From the NCBI GenBank assembly GCA_965112155.1, contig OZ218098.1: DNA of 64,000 nucleotides. One strand, written 5' to 3'. The stretch's first letter is position 1. Each line of letters starts with the position of its first letter. The notes below the pieces were generated by a model. That model did not search any database and had not been told where the DNA came from. It worked only from the letters and a program-made list of their open reading frames with translations. The position numbers and the translations under genes were made by a program. Shown in pieces: positions 63,035 to 64,000 of the stretch. Source of the DNA: Podarcis liolepis (Eukaryota).

Positions 63035-63830
63035 CTCACAGCTCTTCCTTCACCCTGCATCCATTCTTCCTCCTCCTGCTGCTCTGAGACTCTTGAGTAC
63101 AAAAATGTGACAAAATCATCACCATCTAGATTCAGATGCTATTCTTTTAATGGTGATGGGTTCTGTTTTTGTTTCAGTAGCTTCTTTGGTGGGGCAATTT
63201 TCTCTTCGTTTCAGCTGCAAGTTACTGTAACACTGCTATTCATTTTGAACTTGTGCTTGACAAAAGATACCTTGTGTATCTTTTGCGCACACACCCTCCC
63301 CTGGTATGTTATAGTATCAGAACATATATAATAAAGGCCTACAAATATTTTGTCTTGCCCCTTTGGATAATATAGGAAGGGCTGAGCATTCTCATTTTAA
63401 ATTGCATGCCTGTATACAGTAATGGTCTGGAACATATAACTAAATTGTTTTGTCCAGCAATATCTAGGCTGAGCTACAAGGTATCATCCATCTGTTTTAG
63501 GTGGATGATCAGAGTTGCTGTAACCCAATCAAGTTAACCATTAAATAATACTAATGCTACAATTCTATGCACAATTACCCAGGAATAAGCACCACTGAAC
63601 ATAGTGAGTCTTACTTCTTCTAAGAAAATAAATGGGAAAATTGTACTGTAAGACACTACTGTATTGTCTGGGTTCCATAAATCTTGTAGTATGGAATATA
63701 GGCAAGACATTTTCAAAGAAAGAGAGAGAGGAGACCTTAAAGGTCTCTTTGGTCAGACACATTTCTGGGGCAACTGGTTTTTCTGGGACAACTGGTTAGG
63801 TCTCCTCAAGGGAAAACTAACTGCATAATC

Positions 63831-63966
63831 CAGGGTTTCCCAAACTTGGGTCTTCTGCTGTTTTTGGATTACAACTGCCATCATCCCTAGCTAGCAGTAC
63901 CAGTGATCAGGGATGATGGGAATCGTAATCCAAAAACAGCAGAAGACCCAAGTTTGGGAAACCCTA
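63831..63966. mobile_element. Palindromic hAT-type MITE
   Basis: Long TIRs cagggtttcccaaacttgggtcttctgctgtttttggattac / gtaatccaaaaacagcagaagacccaagtttgggaaacccta, 8-bp TSD gcataatc. Degenerate relatives near 6450, 16300, 21030, 45210 and 50450. Confidence 0.85.
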
Positions 63967-64000
63967 GCATAATCCTCTCTCTAGTTTACTCATAAGTAAG

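Overview
Vertebrate genomic DNA, most likely from a lacertid lizard (Sauria SINEs, BovB, CR1, L2 and Penelope remnants). The whole window lies inside neurexin-3 (NRXN3, alpha isoform), which is transcribed on the minus strand. Three coding exons are visible (54207-53769, 51214-50831, 23508-23305). They encode the end of LNS2, LNS3, EGF2 and the first half of LNS4, and they splice in frame through canonical GT-AG sites. The expected 27-nt SS3 microexon (DCIRINCNS) is not in the called bases and may lie in the 148-N gap at 17006-17153. The repeat-poor 6 kb downstream of the LNS4 exon contains a candidate unannotated, frame-preserving 192-nt exon (20757-20566) and other splice- and polyA-like signals. 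The largest insertion is a 7.0-kb class I (gamma-like) endogenous retrovirus at 7950-14992. It has apparently identical 622-bp LTRs, a CTCA target-site duplication, a perfect tRNA-Gly primer-binding site and a polypurine tract, but only fragmentary gag/pol/env, so it looks like a recently mobilised non-autonomous element. The rest is intronic DNA with SINEs, LINE fragments, Tigger-like and hAT MITEs, Penelope-like fragments with decayed hammerhead-ribozyme cores, and microsatellites. Nearly all other ORFs in the track are spurious. All family assignments come from recalled consensus sequences, not database searches.
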